A stretch of 64,000 nt of DNA from Clostridia bacterium (GTDB taxonomy: Bacteria; Bacillota; Clostridia; UMGS1883; UMGS1540). This document shows positions 40,667 through 50,040 of the stretch, piece by piece. The DNA is taken from assembly GCA_045533905.1 (NCBI GenBank), contig JAZSIR010000011.1, positions 37,956-101,955 on the forward strand. Reading direction: 5' to 3'. The translations under genes were made by a program, and so were the position numbers. The number at the start of each line of letters is the position of its first letter. Within the stretch, counting starts at the first letter, position 1. Under the pieces are notes generated by a model. That model was not told the origin of the DNA, searched no databases, and saw nothing but the letters and a program-made list of their open reading frames with translations.

Positions 40667-41716
40667 ATGAAAAAAATCACATATATGGCCGCGTTGGTGG
40701 CACTTTCTGCCGCGGTGGCTTTTCTCGTTTCCGCGGTTATGCTCGATGATGCAGGCAGCGGCGATGCCTCTCTCTCCCTTCGTGCCGAGGCGGACACCGC
40801 GGCGGTTCCCTCCATTGCCGAGCGACTTTCCCCTTCCGTGGTGGGCGTTTCCTCCCTCGGACGAAGCCACGCCTTCTCGGCACCCCAGAATGTGGAAAGT
40901 ATGGGAAGCGGCATTGTGGTAAGTACGGACGGCTACGTTCTTACGAATCAACATGTTGTGGGTGACAGAAGTGAGCCGTACGTTACACTTTTTGACGGCA
41001 ATACCGTCCCGGCAAAAAGAATCTGGAGTGACAGTGCGCTGGACCTCGCTGTTTTGAAAATTGACGCGCGCGGGCTCTCGCCCGCACCGCTCGGCGATGC
41101 AGCTACGCTTTCTGTCGGCGATGCGGTGCTGGCCATTGGGAACCCCTTGAGCCTGCAGTTTCAGCGCACGGTAACGGCCGGCATTGTAAGTGCGAAGGAC
41201 CGCACGCTTTTCCTGCCGGAAGGCGGCATTTTAATGGAGAACCTTATTCAGACCGATGCTTCTATAAACCCCGGCAACAGCGGCGGTCCCCTTATCAATA
41301 TGCGCGGTGAGGTGGTGGGTATAAACACCATCAAGGCGCAGGACGCCGAGGGCATCGGTTTTGCGATTTCCATCAACATCTGTCGCCCGATTCTGGAAAG
41401 AATTTTCGAAGAAGGAAAATACGAAATGCCATATCTCGGCATCTATGCGCTCGACGCCGCCACAGCGCGGTATATGGGCGTGCGCGCGCCGGAAAACGGC
41501 CTGTATGTAAGTGAAGTGGCAGCCGGCAGTCCTGCAAGGCTCGCAGGACTTTGTCGCGGCGACATCATAACGGCGATTGAGAACACGCCCCTCACTCGTA
41601 TGGCGGAGCTTCGCGAGGCGCTCCTCTACTATCGGGCAGGCGATGAGGTACACCTTGACGTAAACCGCGACGGCACACTCTTCACCGCAACCGTCTCGCT
41701 TTCCTCCCCGCGCTGA
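40667..41716 (+). CDS. HtrA/DegP-family serine protease with PDZ domain
   Basis: N-terminal TM, LTNQHVV, DLAVLK, IQTDASINPGNSGGPL, C-terminal PDZ; upstream GCATA-17-TATACTA resembles a sigmaF/G promoter. Confidence 0.92.
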   Translation: MKKITYMAALVALSAAVAFLVSAVMLDDAGSGDASLSLRAEADTAAVPSIAERLSPSVVGVSSLGRSHAFSAPQNVESMGSGIVVSTDGYVLTNQHVVGDRSEPYVTLFDGNTVPAKRIWSDSALDLAVLKIDARGLSPAPLGDAATLSVGDAVLAIGNPLSLQFQRTVTAGIVSAKDRTLFLPEGGILMENLIQTDASINPGNSGGPLINMRGEVVGINTIKAQDAEGIGFAISINICRPILERIFEEGKYEMPYLGIYALDAATARYMGVRAPENGLYVSEVAAGSPARLAGLCRGDIITAIENTPLTRMAELREALLYYRAGDEVHLDVNRDGTLFTATVSLSSPR

Positions 41717-41733
41717 TTTTTTTCGTTTTTCCG

Positions 41734-41762
41734 TTGACAAACAGTTCTTTTTCCTGTATACT
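41734..41762 (+). promoter_or_regulatory. sigmaA promoter of the pfl leader
   Basis: TTGACA-17-TATACT. Confidence 0.8.
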
Positions 41763-41776
41763 GTAGGTAAATAAAG

Positions 41777-41858
41777 CTTTTACATGACTGACGGGTTTGC
41801 GGAGTACCGCAAGGGAGTGTAAAAGAATGCGCAAATTCTCACGGCCGACCGTCTGGGC
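41777..41858 (+). ncRNA. ZMP/ZTP riboswitch (pfl motif)
   Basis: P1 CTTTTACA...TGTAAAAG around TGACTGACG...TTGCGG-AGTA-CCGCAA-GGGAG, linker, then GCCGACCGTCTGGGC; lies 5' of pflB. Confidence 0.92.
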
Positions 41859-41894
41859 AAATCAGTTTTATGGAAAAGCTGGTTTGCCTTTTTT
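41856..41894 (+). terminator. Riboswitch expression-platform terminator
   Basis: GGCAAATCAGTTT...AAGCTGGTTTGCC-TTTTTT overlapping the aptamer 3' end. Confidence 0.85.
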
Positions 41895-41926
41895 GATTGG
41901 CGCCGGCACCGAAAGGAGCGTATACA

Positions 41927-44161
41927 ATGGAAATGCATAAAAATTGGGAAGGTTTTACGGGTGGCAGCTGGCAGACGGAGATTTCCGTCCGCGATTTCAT
42001 CCAGAAAAACTACAAGGAATATACAGGCGACGAAAGCTTTCTGGCCGCCGCCACACCGCGCACGCGTACTGTGATGCGAAAGCTCGAAGCGCTTTTTTCT
42101 CTGGAGCGGCAATTCGGCGGCGTTTTGGATATTGACACTACCACGGTTTCGTCGCTCACAAGCTATGCCCCGGGGTATATTGATAAGGAAAACGAGCTTA
42201 TTGTAGGCCTGCAGACAAGCCGCCCCTTAAGAAGAGGCGTAAACCCCTTTGGCGGCATCCGTATGGCGCGGCAGGCGTGCGAGGCTTACGGCTATGCACT
42301 CAGCGACAAGATTGAAGAGGAATTCCGCTACCGCACTACACATAACGATGGCGTTTTCCGTGCCTATACCGACGAAATGCGCGCCGCCAGAAAATGTCAC
42401 GTTATCACAGGGCTTCCCGATGCATACGGCCGCGGCCGCATTATCGGCGACTATCGCCGCGTGGCGCTTTATGGCGTAGACTGCCTCATCGCCGAAAAGC
42501 AAAAAGATAAGCAGAAGCTTGCAAACGACAATTTGAATACGGATACTATCCGGCTGGAAGAAGAACTCTTTCAGCAGATTACCTTCCTCGGCTATATGAA
42601 GGAAATGGCCGCTATGTACGGCTATGATATCAGCGAACCTGCAGAAAATGCACGTGAAGCCATCCAGTGGACATATTTTGCATATCTCGCCGCCATCAAA
42701 GAACAAAACGGCGCCGCGATGAGCCTCGGGCGCGTTTCCACCTTCTTTGATATTTATTTCGAGCGTGATTTTGCGCGCGGCATTCTCACAGAAGAAGGCG
42801 CGCAGGAACTTTTAGACGATTTTGTTATGAAGCTCCGCGCCGCACGCCACCTGCGCACGCCCGAATACAATGCCCTTTTCGGCGGGGACCCGATGTGGAT
42901 CACCGAAGCTGTGGGCGGTATGGGTGAAGACGGCCGCACGCTCGTTACCAAATCGAGCTTCCGTATTCTGCATACGCTCTACACGCTCGGCTCGTCTCCC
43001 GAGCCAAACCTTACGGTGCTCTGGTCCACTTCGCTTCCCGCGCCCTTCAAAAAATACTGTGCGCGTGTTTCGGTGGATACCGATTCCATTCAGTATGAAA
43101 ACGATGACATTATGCGCCCCATCTATGGCGACGATTATGCCATCGCCTGCTGCGTTTCCGCTATGCGCGTAGGGAAAGAAATGCAGTTCTTCGGTGCAAG
43201 ATGCAATCTCGCAAAGCTTCTTCTTATCGCCATAAACGGTGGGTACGATGCCGAGAGCAATATGCATATCGGCCCGCAGATGGAACCCCTTTCGGGCGAT
43301 GTGCTTTCCTTTGAAGAAGTGGAAAAGCGGCTTGACACCTATATCGAATGGCTCTCGCATCTCTATGTAAACACCATGAATGTCATTCATTATATGCACG
43401 ATAAATACGCCTACGAAAAAACACAGATGGCACTGCACGACACCGAGGTCGGCCGTTTTATGGCCTTTGGCATTGCCGGTCTTTCCGTGGTGGCCGACTC
43501 CTTAAGCGCCATAAAGTATGCGCGCGTACGTCCCATCCAGAATGCAGACGGGTTCGTTACGGCATTTGAAACCAGCGGCGAATTCCCGAAATTCGGCAAT
43601 GACGATGACAGAGTGGACCTTATCGCCAAAGACCTTACACATAAGATGATCACGGCGCTTCGCAAAACACCTACATACAGAAACGCCGTACACACGCTTT
43701 CGGTCCTGACGATTACCTCCAACGTAATGTACGGCAAAAACACGGGTGCCACGCCCTGCGGCAGAGGCGCAGGCCAGCCCTTTGCACCGGGTGCAAACCC
43801 GATGCATAACCGCGAAGAAAACGGCGCGCTCGCCTCTCTGAACTCCGTGGCAAAACTCAGCTATGACGATTGCCGCGACGGCATTTCCAACACCTTCTCC
43901 ATAACACCCGAAGCGCTCGGTCGCACGGACGACGAGAAAATCGAAAACCTTGTTTCTATATTAGACGGCTACTTCAAAAAGCGTGCGCATCATCTCAATG
44001 TGAACGTACTCCGCCGCGAAACCCTGATGGAAGCATATGAAAATCCGGATGCCTACCCGAACCTTACCATCCGCGTTTCGGGCTACGCCGTAAACTTCCA
44101 TAAGCTCTCACGCGAGCAGCAGCGCGAAGTTATCAGCCGCACGTTCCACGAGGCGCTGTGA
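41927..44161 (+). CDS. pflB: Pyruvate formate-lyase
   Basis: [24 protein letters not shown] (Cys-Cys active site), RVSGYAV glycyl-radical motif. Confidence 0.97.
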   Translation: MEMHKNWEGFTGGSWQTEISVRDFIQKNYKEYTGDESFLAAATPRTRTVMRKLEALFSLERQFGGVLDIDTTTVSSLTSYAPGYIDKENELIVGLQTSRPLRRGVNPFGGIRMARQACEAYGYALSDKIEEEFRYRTTHNDGVFRAYTDEMRAARKCHVITGLPDAYGRGRIIGDYRRVALYGVDCLIAEKQKDKQKLANDNLNTDTIRLEEELFQQITFLGYMKEMAAMYGYDISEPAENAREAIQWTYFAYLAAIKEQNGAAMSLGRVSTFFDIYFERDFARGILTEEGAQELLDDFVMKLRAARHLRTPEYNALFGGDPMWITEAVGGMGEDGRTLVTKSSFRILHTLYTLGSSPEPNLTVLWSTSLPAPFKKYCARVSVDTDSIQYENDDIMRPIYGDDYAIACCVSAMRVGKEMQFFGARCNLAKLLLIAINGGYDAESNMHIGPQMEPLSGDVLSFEEVEKRLDTYIEWLSHLYVNTMNVIHYMHDKYAYEKTQMALHDTEVGRFMAFGIAGLSVVADSLSAIKYARVRPIQNADGFVTAFETSGEFPKFGNDDDRVDLIAKDLTHKMITALRKTPTYRNAVHTLSVLTITSNVMYGKNTGATPCGRGAGQPFAPGANPMHNREENGALASLNSVAKLSYDDCRDGISNTFSITPEALGRTDDEKIENLVSILDGYFKKRAHHLNVNVLRRETLMEAYENPDAYPNLTIRVSGYAVNFHKLSREQQREVISRTFHEAL

Positions 44162-44877
44162 TGGCGACCGGCATCGTACATTCCATTCAGTCTCTCGGCA
44201 CGGTGGACGGGCCCGGTGTGCGCTTTGTTGCCTTTCTGAAAGGCTGCAACCTCCGGTGCGGCTATTGCCACAATCCCGACACGTGGGAAAAGACGGGGGG
44301 AGAACTCTACACACCCGAAGCGCTGTATGAAAAGGCCGCAAGGTGCCGCGAATATTTCGGGGAATCGGGCGGCGTGACGGTTTCCGGCGGCGAGCCGCTT
44401 CTGCAGGCAGAATTTGTGCGCGCATTTTTCGCACTTTGCCGCCGCGAAGGTATCCATACGTGTCTTGACACCTCGGGAAGTGTTTTGAACGAGGATTGTC
44501 GCGCACTTTTATCGGAGACCGACCGCGTGCTTCTCGATATAAAATTTACCACCGACGCGCTCTACAGAAAGCATACAGGCATTTCTATGGACGCGCCCCT
44601 TCAGTTTCTCGCGTATCTTAACGAAATCGGTATGCCCACAACAATAAGGCAGGTGATTGTGCCGTCTATAAATGATACACGCGAAAACATAGAGGCACTC
44701 GCCTCTATCTGCCAAAAGCACAAGTGCATAGACAAAACGGAGCTTTTGCCGTTTCGAAAAATTTGCAAGGTAAAATACGAAAGGCTCGGCATTCCCTTCC
44801 CGTTTGACGCGTATCCCGTGCCCACGGCCGAAAAGATGCAAAGCCTTGAAAAAATGCTTTCAAAATTTCTTGCATAA
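44161..44877 (+). CDS. pflA: PFL-activating enzyme (radical SAM)
   Basis: GTVDGPG, CNLRCGYCHNP, SGGEPLLQ, CLDTSG. Confidence 0.94.
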   Translation: MATGIVHSIQSLGTVDGPGVRFVAFLKGCNLRCGYCHNPDTWEKTGGELYTPEALYEKAARCREYFGESGGVTVSGGEPLLQAEFVRAFFALCRREGIHTCLDTSGSVLNEDCRALLSETDRVLLDIKFTTDALYRKHTGISMDAPLQFLAYLNEIGMPTTIRQVIVPSINDTRENIEALASICQKHKCIDKTELLPFRKICKVKYERLGIPFPFDAYPVPTAEKMQSLEKMLSKFLA

Positions 44878-44879
44878 GT

Positions 44880-44909
44880 AAAAAGGGACAGTTTTCACTG
44901 TCCCTTTTT
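44880..44909. terminator. Bidirectional intrinsic terminator
   Basis: AAAAAGGGACAGT-TTTC-ACTGTCCCTTTTT. Confidence 0.8.
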
Positions 44910-45554
44910 TCATATCGCTAAAAGCGCACGAAAATCACAGATATAAAAGTCTGTAATTTTTCGCATATCCGCTTCAAATTCTGCGGAAGAGGCGTCATAT
45001 ACGCCGCACGTTGCCATTCCTGCTTTCTTTGCCGTAACGTCGGCATTATAATTATCATCGAGAAACAGAATTTCTTCTATGGGTTTGCCGATTTTCACTG
45101 CCGCCTTTTTGTAAATTTCGGGGTCAGCTTTCGTAGTGCCGAAATCGTCACATGACCATACATTGTCAAAAAGCTCGTACATTCCGAGGCGGTGAAGACA
45201 CGGGTCCAGCGCTATGTGCGGGCTTGCCGTCAAAACATGCAGGTCCGCGCCTTTTTCCCGAAGCGTGCGGAGCGTTTCCATTACATACGGCTTTGCAGGG
45301 ATTTCTTCGAGATACGCTTTCAGAATATATCTCTGCATCCTATCAAAAATTTCCTCCATCGACATATCGAGCCCCAGCGAAATAAAATATTTTGCCGTGC
45401 CGATATAGCCGAGCGGCGTGATTGTTTTGACAAGGTCGTCGCCGTATGCGATGCCGTTTTCATCAAGAATCCGCTTCATTGTGGATACAAAGGCCGGCAT
45501 CGAATCGACGAGCGTGCCGTCAAAATCAAATAAATACGTAGAGTATCGCATCAA
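44910..45554 (-). CDS. HAD-IA family hydrolase
   Basis: FDFDGTLVDS, LTAS, KADPEIY, FLDD. Confidence 0.9.
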   Translation of the reverse strand: MMRYSTYLFDFDGTLVDSMPAFVSTMKRILDENGIAYGDDLVKTITPLGYIGTAKYFISLGLDMSMEEIFDRMQRYILKAYLEEIPAKPYVMETLRTLREKGADLHVLTASPHIALDPCLHRLGMYELFDNVWSCDDFGTTKADPEIYKKAAVKIGKPIEEILFLDDNYNADVTAKKAGMATCGVYDASSAEFEADMRKITDFYICDFRALLAI

Positions 45555-46570
45555 AGTTCCTCCATAAAGTATGCACGCGTGTCGGCGTGCTTTCCTTCCG
45601 CATCCTGTACGCTTATGCGGAAATACATCTCATCTCCCCGAAGCGGAAATACCGCCTCCTCCACAAAGCCGCCCCGCTCTGCTATGACAGACTTTGCCGA
45701 GCGCGCGTTCGTGTTCATTGTGATGCGAATGGCTGGGGAGGTCTTTACATGCACCTCGCCATCCTCTATATACAGGTCGTAAATTTCAGGGCCGCGTGAT
45801 GCATAGAAGTTGCCTTTGAAAAGTGCATCCGTAATGGCTTCATACTGAAGGGATTCCGCCTTTATCATGACATATCCCCCGCCAATGTCGCACTTCGGAT
45901 TGGAAAGCAGAAGACCGCTATGTGTATCATCTGCCGCCACAGCGTAAATCTTTTTGCCACCGCGGAGCATATCGTCATACACCCCCGGCACATATGCTTC
46001 ATAGCCGAGAAGGTACGTATCGGTATTAAAAATTTCCATCGCATGCATACCTTCGTACTGCATATATGTTTCATACCCCTCGAGTGACCAGGTGGGGTGA
46101 TTATACGTCACAAAAAAGCCTGCTTCTCTACCACGGCGTATCATTTCATTGATATTTTCGGGCGTATATTCTCTTTCAAAAAACGGCTCAGTCACATCAT
46201 ATTCCACTTCGTCTAGATGTTCTTTCGCGTGCCCGGGGGTGGCATACTTCGGGTTCCAAAAGGGCTGCTTTCGCATGGCAGCGCGACCTGCTACAAAGCA
46301 AATATGGCAGGTCGGTACATCCGGACTCTTTGAATACCCCGGCGGGCATACTTCAACCTCAAAGCCGGAAAGCGCAAGGAAATTTTCATCCGTAAGTTCC
46401 GTATGCGGAATGAAAATATCATGGTCCGTGAAGGCCACAATGGAATACCCAAGCTCCATATACACTTCTTTCAGCTCCGCGGGCGTAAGCTTTCCGTCAG
46501 AGTAGGTCGAATGGGTGTGTAAATTTGCTTTGTAAAACTTACCTCCCTTTGGCAATAGATACTTTTTCAT
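45551..46570 (-). CDS. PHP-domain metallohydrolase
   Basis: KANLHTHSTYSDG, AFTDHD, YNHPTWS, MEIFN, ADDTH. Confidence 0.85.
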   Translation of the reverse strand: MKKYLLPKGGKFYKANLHTHSTYSDGKLTPAELKEVYMELGYSIVAFTDHDIFIPHTELTDENFLALSGFEVEVCPPGYSKSPDVPTCHICFVAGRAAMRKQPFWNPKYATPGHAKEHLDEVEYDVTEPFFEREYTPENINEMIRRGREAGFFVTYNHPTWSLEGYETYMQYEGMHAMEIFNTDTYLLGYEAYVPGVYDDMLRGGKKIYAVAADDTHSGLLLSNPKCDIGGGYVMIKAESLQYEAITDALFKGNFYASRGPEIYDLYIEDGEVHVKTSPAIRITMNTNARSAKSVIAERGGFVEEAVFPLRGDEMYFRISVQDAEGKHADTRAYFMEEL

Positions 46571-46580
46571 TCTCTACCTC

Positions 46581-46748
46581 CTAATTTTGCTTTTGCACCA
46601 TTTTATATTCATCGTAAAACCGATAATACGGACAAGCCCTTCGGCTTGCATGCAGCATCGCCATCTCGTCCTCATCAAAATTTACCGTGCAGACGGATTC
46701 TTCCATCTCATCGTCGTATTCATAATACGCGCAGGTTTCGCATTGCAT
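46581..46748 (-). CDS. Small Cys-rich acidic protein (DUF6472-like), 55 aa
   Basis: Manual translation MQCETCAYYEYDDEMEESVCTVNFDEDEMAMLHASRRACPYYRFYDEYKMVQKQN; TAATG coupling to upstream gene; below ORF-track cutoff. Confidence 0.8.
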   Translation of the reverse strand: MQCETCAYYEYDDEMEESVCTVNFDEDEMAMLHASRRACPYYRFYDEYKMVQKQN

Positions 46749-46960
46749 TAAGCCTCTTCTCCTTTTCGCCGCACCTTTTGCTTATTGCCTTCCGCATCCA
46801 CAATATACACATTCCCGAGCGTATTTTCCATACCCTGCCGAAATTCCTTTATATACTGTGCGCGAAGAGCAGCCTGCTCCTCTTTTTCTTCGGGCGTAAG
46901 GCCTTCCGTTTTCGATTTTCTCGCAAGAAAATTAATCCGTTTCAAAAGTTCTTCTGTCAT
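46748..46960 (-). CDS. DUF896 (YnzC-like) small protein
   Basis: RINFLARKSKTEGLTPEEKEEQAALRAQYIKEFR. Confidence 0.88.
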   Translation of the reverse strand: MTEELLKRINFLARKSKTEGLTPEEKEEQAALRAQYIKEFRQGMENTLGNVYIVDAEGNKQKVRRKGEEA

Positions 46961-46987
46961 ACTCCTCTTCCTTTCAAGGCTACTTTT

Positions 46988-47104
46988 CTATCTTTCTCCG
47001 AATAAGTCATAATAGAGCCAGAGCACGGTATATATGTACACACATTCCATGCTGCAAGTGTGTTCTTTGCCGCAATCGCATTTTACGCCGTTTAGGATGC
47101 TGTT
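46988..47104 (-). pseudogene. Internally deleted sn-glycerol-1-phosphate dehydrogenase (AraM/EgsA-like) relic
   Basis: After AGGAGG RBS, no ATG: NSILNGVKCDCGKEHTCSMECVYI fused to YTVLWLYYDLFGER*, resembling the N- and C-termini of clostridial G1PDH. Confidence 0.65.
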
Positions 47105-47112
47105 ATTTCCTC

Positions 47113-47904
47113 CTACCCTATTAAAGCCTCGTATACTTTCCGGATATTTTCATATATAAACTCCGGCTTTGCTTCGCTTTTTTCTGCGTCTTCCATCGTA
47201 CCTTCGCCACTCAGTACAAAAATCGTGCTGATGCCCGCATTTACACCGCAGGCGATATCGGTATAGAGTCTATCGCCCAAAAGCACGGTCTCTTCCTTTG
47301 AAAATCCGGTTGCCTCCATAGCAAGGTACGCCATATCCGGCTCCGGCTTGCCAATAAACTTCGGGCGTTTTTTGGTTGCGTTATAAAGGATATCGGCAAA
47401 AGAGCCGCAATCGGGCACAAAACCGTACCAAGCGGGACAGACCCAGTCGGGATTTGTGGCTATGTACTCGATATCGTCACGAAGCAGAATACATGCATCC
47501 TCCAGCTTTTGAAATGTAAGCTCCGTATCATTGGAAAGGCAAAGGCAATCGATGCCCTCCTCCCTTTCGGTAGTGACAGGAAGCCCTGCCTTTCTGAGCT
47601 GGTTTACAAAGGACTTTGTGCCAAAGGCATATATTTTCTTATGCGCTTTTTCTTTAAGATACAAAATGGTCGCCTCGGTAGACGTGAGAAAATCCTCTGC
47701 TTTTGCAGAAATTCCCATCGCGCCAAGTTTTTCAATGTATGTATCCACGCCTTTTGAGGAATTATTGGTGAGGAAAATATATCTGCCGCCGATTTCTTTT
47801 ACGTACGCCAGAAAATCAAGCGTGCCGTCAAAAAGCTCGTTGTCGAGATATATGGTTCCGTCCATATCCAAAAGAAATAATTTCTTATCTTTTAAACTGC
47901 TCAT
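47113..47904 (-). CDS. HAD-IIA (NagD/AraL-like) phosphatase
   Basis: LLDMDGTIY, FLTNNSS, IATNPD, IGKPEP, GDRLYTDI, VLSGE. Confidence 0.92.
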   Translation of the reverse strand: MSSLKDKKLFLLDMDGTIYLDNELFDGTLDFLAYVKEIGGRYIFLTNNSSKGVDTYIEKLGAMGISAKAEDFLTSTEATILYLKEKAHKKIYAFGTKSFVNQLRKAGLPVTTEREEGIDCLCLSNDTELTFQKLEDACILLRDDIEYIATNPDWVCPAWYGFVPDCGSFADILYNATKKRPKFIGKPEPDMAYLAMEATGFSKEETVLLGDRLYTDIACGVNAGISTIFVLSGEGTMEDAEKSEAKPEFIYENIRKVYEALIG

Positions 47905-48446
47905 TCTTTGCACTCCCAAAACTCTTTTTTGCCTGTGGAAACGGCGATGGCGCCGGCGCGGATTGCCTCCTCCGCCTCTTTTTCCGTTTCAATCAAACCG
48001 CCTGCAATAATCGGGACATTCAGTTCTTTTGCAAGTTCTTTTGTCACCTTTGTCACCGTGCCGGGCATAATCTCTATCATATCTGCCTTGGAGGACTTTG
48101 CCGTTTCTACGCTTGTGAACACCGACTGCGTATCCACCGCAAAAAAACGCTGAATTGCGAACATTTCTTCCTTTTTCGCAAGCTTTATAATACTCGAACG
48201 CGTACTGATGATGCCGTCCACCCCGAGTGACTTTGCATAGCGAATGCCGTAGGCATCTTTCCCAATGCCCTCAGCAAGGTCAAGGTGGATAAAAAGCTTT
48301 TTATTCGCCGCGTGTGCAGCCGCAGTCTGTGCAGGGATATCCACAATATTCGGCGCAAGCATAAATATAATACCCACCCCAGAATGTACCGCAGACAAAA
48401 AGGCATCGTTATTTCTTACGGCTGCAATGATTTTTATATTACGCAT
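47901..48446 (-). CDS. glpP: Glycerol-3-phosphate-responsive antiterminator
   Basis: IIAAVR, FIHLDLAEG, DGIISTR, IQRFF, IEIMPG, PIIAGGLI, AVSTG. Confidence 0.9.
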   Translation of the reverse strand: MRNIKIIAAVRNNDAFLSAVHSGVGIIFMLAPNIVDIPAQTAAAHAANKKLFIHLDLAEGIGKDAYGIRYAKSLGVDGIISTRSSIIKLAKKEEMFAIQRFFAVDTQSVFTSVETAKSSKADMIEIMPGTVTKVTKELAKELNVPIIAGGLIETEKEAEEAIRAGAIAVSTGKKEFWECKE

Positions 48447-48804
48447 TTTCACCCTCCGCAAAAGACATATTCCGCGTGGCAATAACCCGACTCCCAAATA
48501 CATCTTTTATTATAACATCTCCTACTCCGACTTGCAAGAGGGGATGCACATTCTTTATCATTTGCATGGCCTCCGAAACCTTTTCTTTTGGAATGGGGCA
48601 CTCGGTCTTTACGGGGATAATCTCGCCGTGCGCGCACCGTACCGTTGTAGTGAGTGTTCGCATTGGGGCGATACATTCGCTTTCGGCATACGCCTTCCCT
48701 CTCGGGCAGGTGTTGCCGTGCACTTCTGTGACTACGCCTTCCTCGATTTCTGCCGTAAGGCTACAGCCTATGGGGCATACGATACATGTCAGGTTCTTTT
48801 TCAT
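48439..48804 (-). CDS. DUF1667 Cys-rich protein
   Basis: CIVCPIGC, GNTCPRG, PMRTLTTTV, PVKT. Confidence 0.88.
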   Translation of the reverse strand: MKKNLTCIVCPIGCSLTAEIEEGVVTEVHGNTCPRGKAYAESECIAPMRTLTTTVRCAHGEIIPVKTECPIPKEKVSEAMQMIKNVHPLLQVGVGDVIIKDVFGSRVIATRNMSFAEGENA

Positions 48805-50039
48805 GCCTCTACCTCCAAACTGAAAGTAAGCGTCTTTGTGCTTTCTAAAAGGCTTCCCCGAAGCTTCACTCTTTCCATTTCGCCGGGGCTTACTTTGGGG
48901 CGTTTTACGGAAAGTAAGGTATTTTCTCCGTCCGAAACCGAGATTTTCACATTTCGAAAAACATCCGCCACTCTGAAATATACCGTCACGTCCTGCGCTT
49001 TAGTGATTTTTTGCGGCACGGTGTAGCGAATTTTTCCGTCCGTCCGGATGGTGATTTCCGTGTTCTTTTCCAGAGTGTCCCGAATATACGCCGCCGCACC
49101 TCGGCCTGCAATCTCCGCTTCCTCCGAAACGAAATCAACAAGGTCATGCACGTGTAAAACATTGCCGCAGGCAAAAACGCCTTCGCACGATGTTTGTCTG
49201 TCTTGATCTACCACGGCGCCTTGTGTTGTTCTATCGAGTGTGATAGAGGCGCGTCTTGTAAGCTCGTTTTCAGGGATGAGCCCCACGGATAAAAGAAGCG
49301 TGTCACATTCGATATATTCTTCCGTGCCGCGGATGGGTTTTCGTTTGTTATCTACTTTTGCAATCGTTATCCCTTCTACGCGGTCTTTGCCGTGTATCTC
49401 CACTACGGTATGCCCGAGTTTTAGGGGGATATCAAAGTCATTTAGGCATTGCTCGATGTTTCGCGCAAGACCGCCGGAATAGGGCATCAGTTCGCATACT
49501 GCCTGAACACAGGCGCCTTCGAGCGTCATGCGCCTTGCCATAATAAGTCCGATATCACCCGAGCCTAAAATGACCACTTTATTCCCGGGCATATACCCCT
49601 CCATGTTGACAAGCTTTTGGGCCGTACCCGCACTGTAAATGCCTGCCGGACGAGTCCCCGCAATATTGAGTGCGCCTTTTGCGCGCTCACGGCATCCCAT
49701 AGCGAGAATAATGGCTTTTGCCTGCATTTGAAAAATGCCTTCTTCGCTGTTTTGCGCCGTAACTACTTTATCTTCTGTGATATCCAGTACCATCGTATTT
49801 AGTTTATACTGTATTCCAAGCTCCCGAACCTTCTGTTCGTAGCGCCACGCATATTCGGGGCCGGTAAGCTCTTCCCCGAATTTATGAAGGCCGAAGCCGT
49901 TATGTATGCACTGCTGTAAGATTCCGCCAAGGGCCGAGTCACGCTCCAAGATACATATATCGCGAATGCCTTTTTCGTATGCCGCAATCGCTGCGCTCAT
50001 GCCTGCCGGCCCGCCGCCGATGATAACAAGTTCTGCCAT
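48801..50039 (-). CDS. NAD(P)/FAD-dependent oxidoreductase (partner subunit)
   Basis: IIGGGPAG, GGILQQCIHNGFG, AMGCRER, GSGDIGLIMARR, ACGNVLHVHDLVD; alternative GTG start at 50051. Confidence 0.9.
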   Translation of the reverse strand: MAELVIIGGGPAGMSAAIAAYEKGIRDICILERDSALGGILQQCIHNGFGLHKFGEELTGPEYAWRYEQKVRELGIQYKLNTMVLDITEDKVVTAQNSEEGIFQMQAKAIILAMGCRERAKGALNIAGTRPAGIYSAGTAQKLVNMEGYMPGNKVVILGSGDIGLIMARRMTLEGACVQAVCELMPYSGGLARNIEQCLNDFDIPLKLGHTVVEIHGKDRVEGITIAKVDNKRKPIRGTEEYIECDTLLLSVGLIPENELTRRASITLDRTTQGAVVDQDRQTSCEGVFACGNVLHVHDLVDFVSEEAEIAGRGAAAYIRDTLEKNTEITIRTDGKIRYTVPQKITKAQDVTVYFRVADVFRNVKISVSDGENTLLSVKRPKVSPGEMERVKLRGSLLESTKTLTFSLEVEA

Positions 50040-50040
50040 T

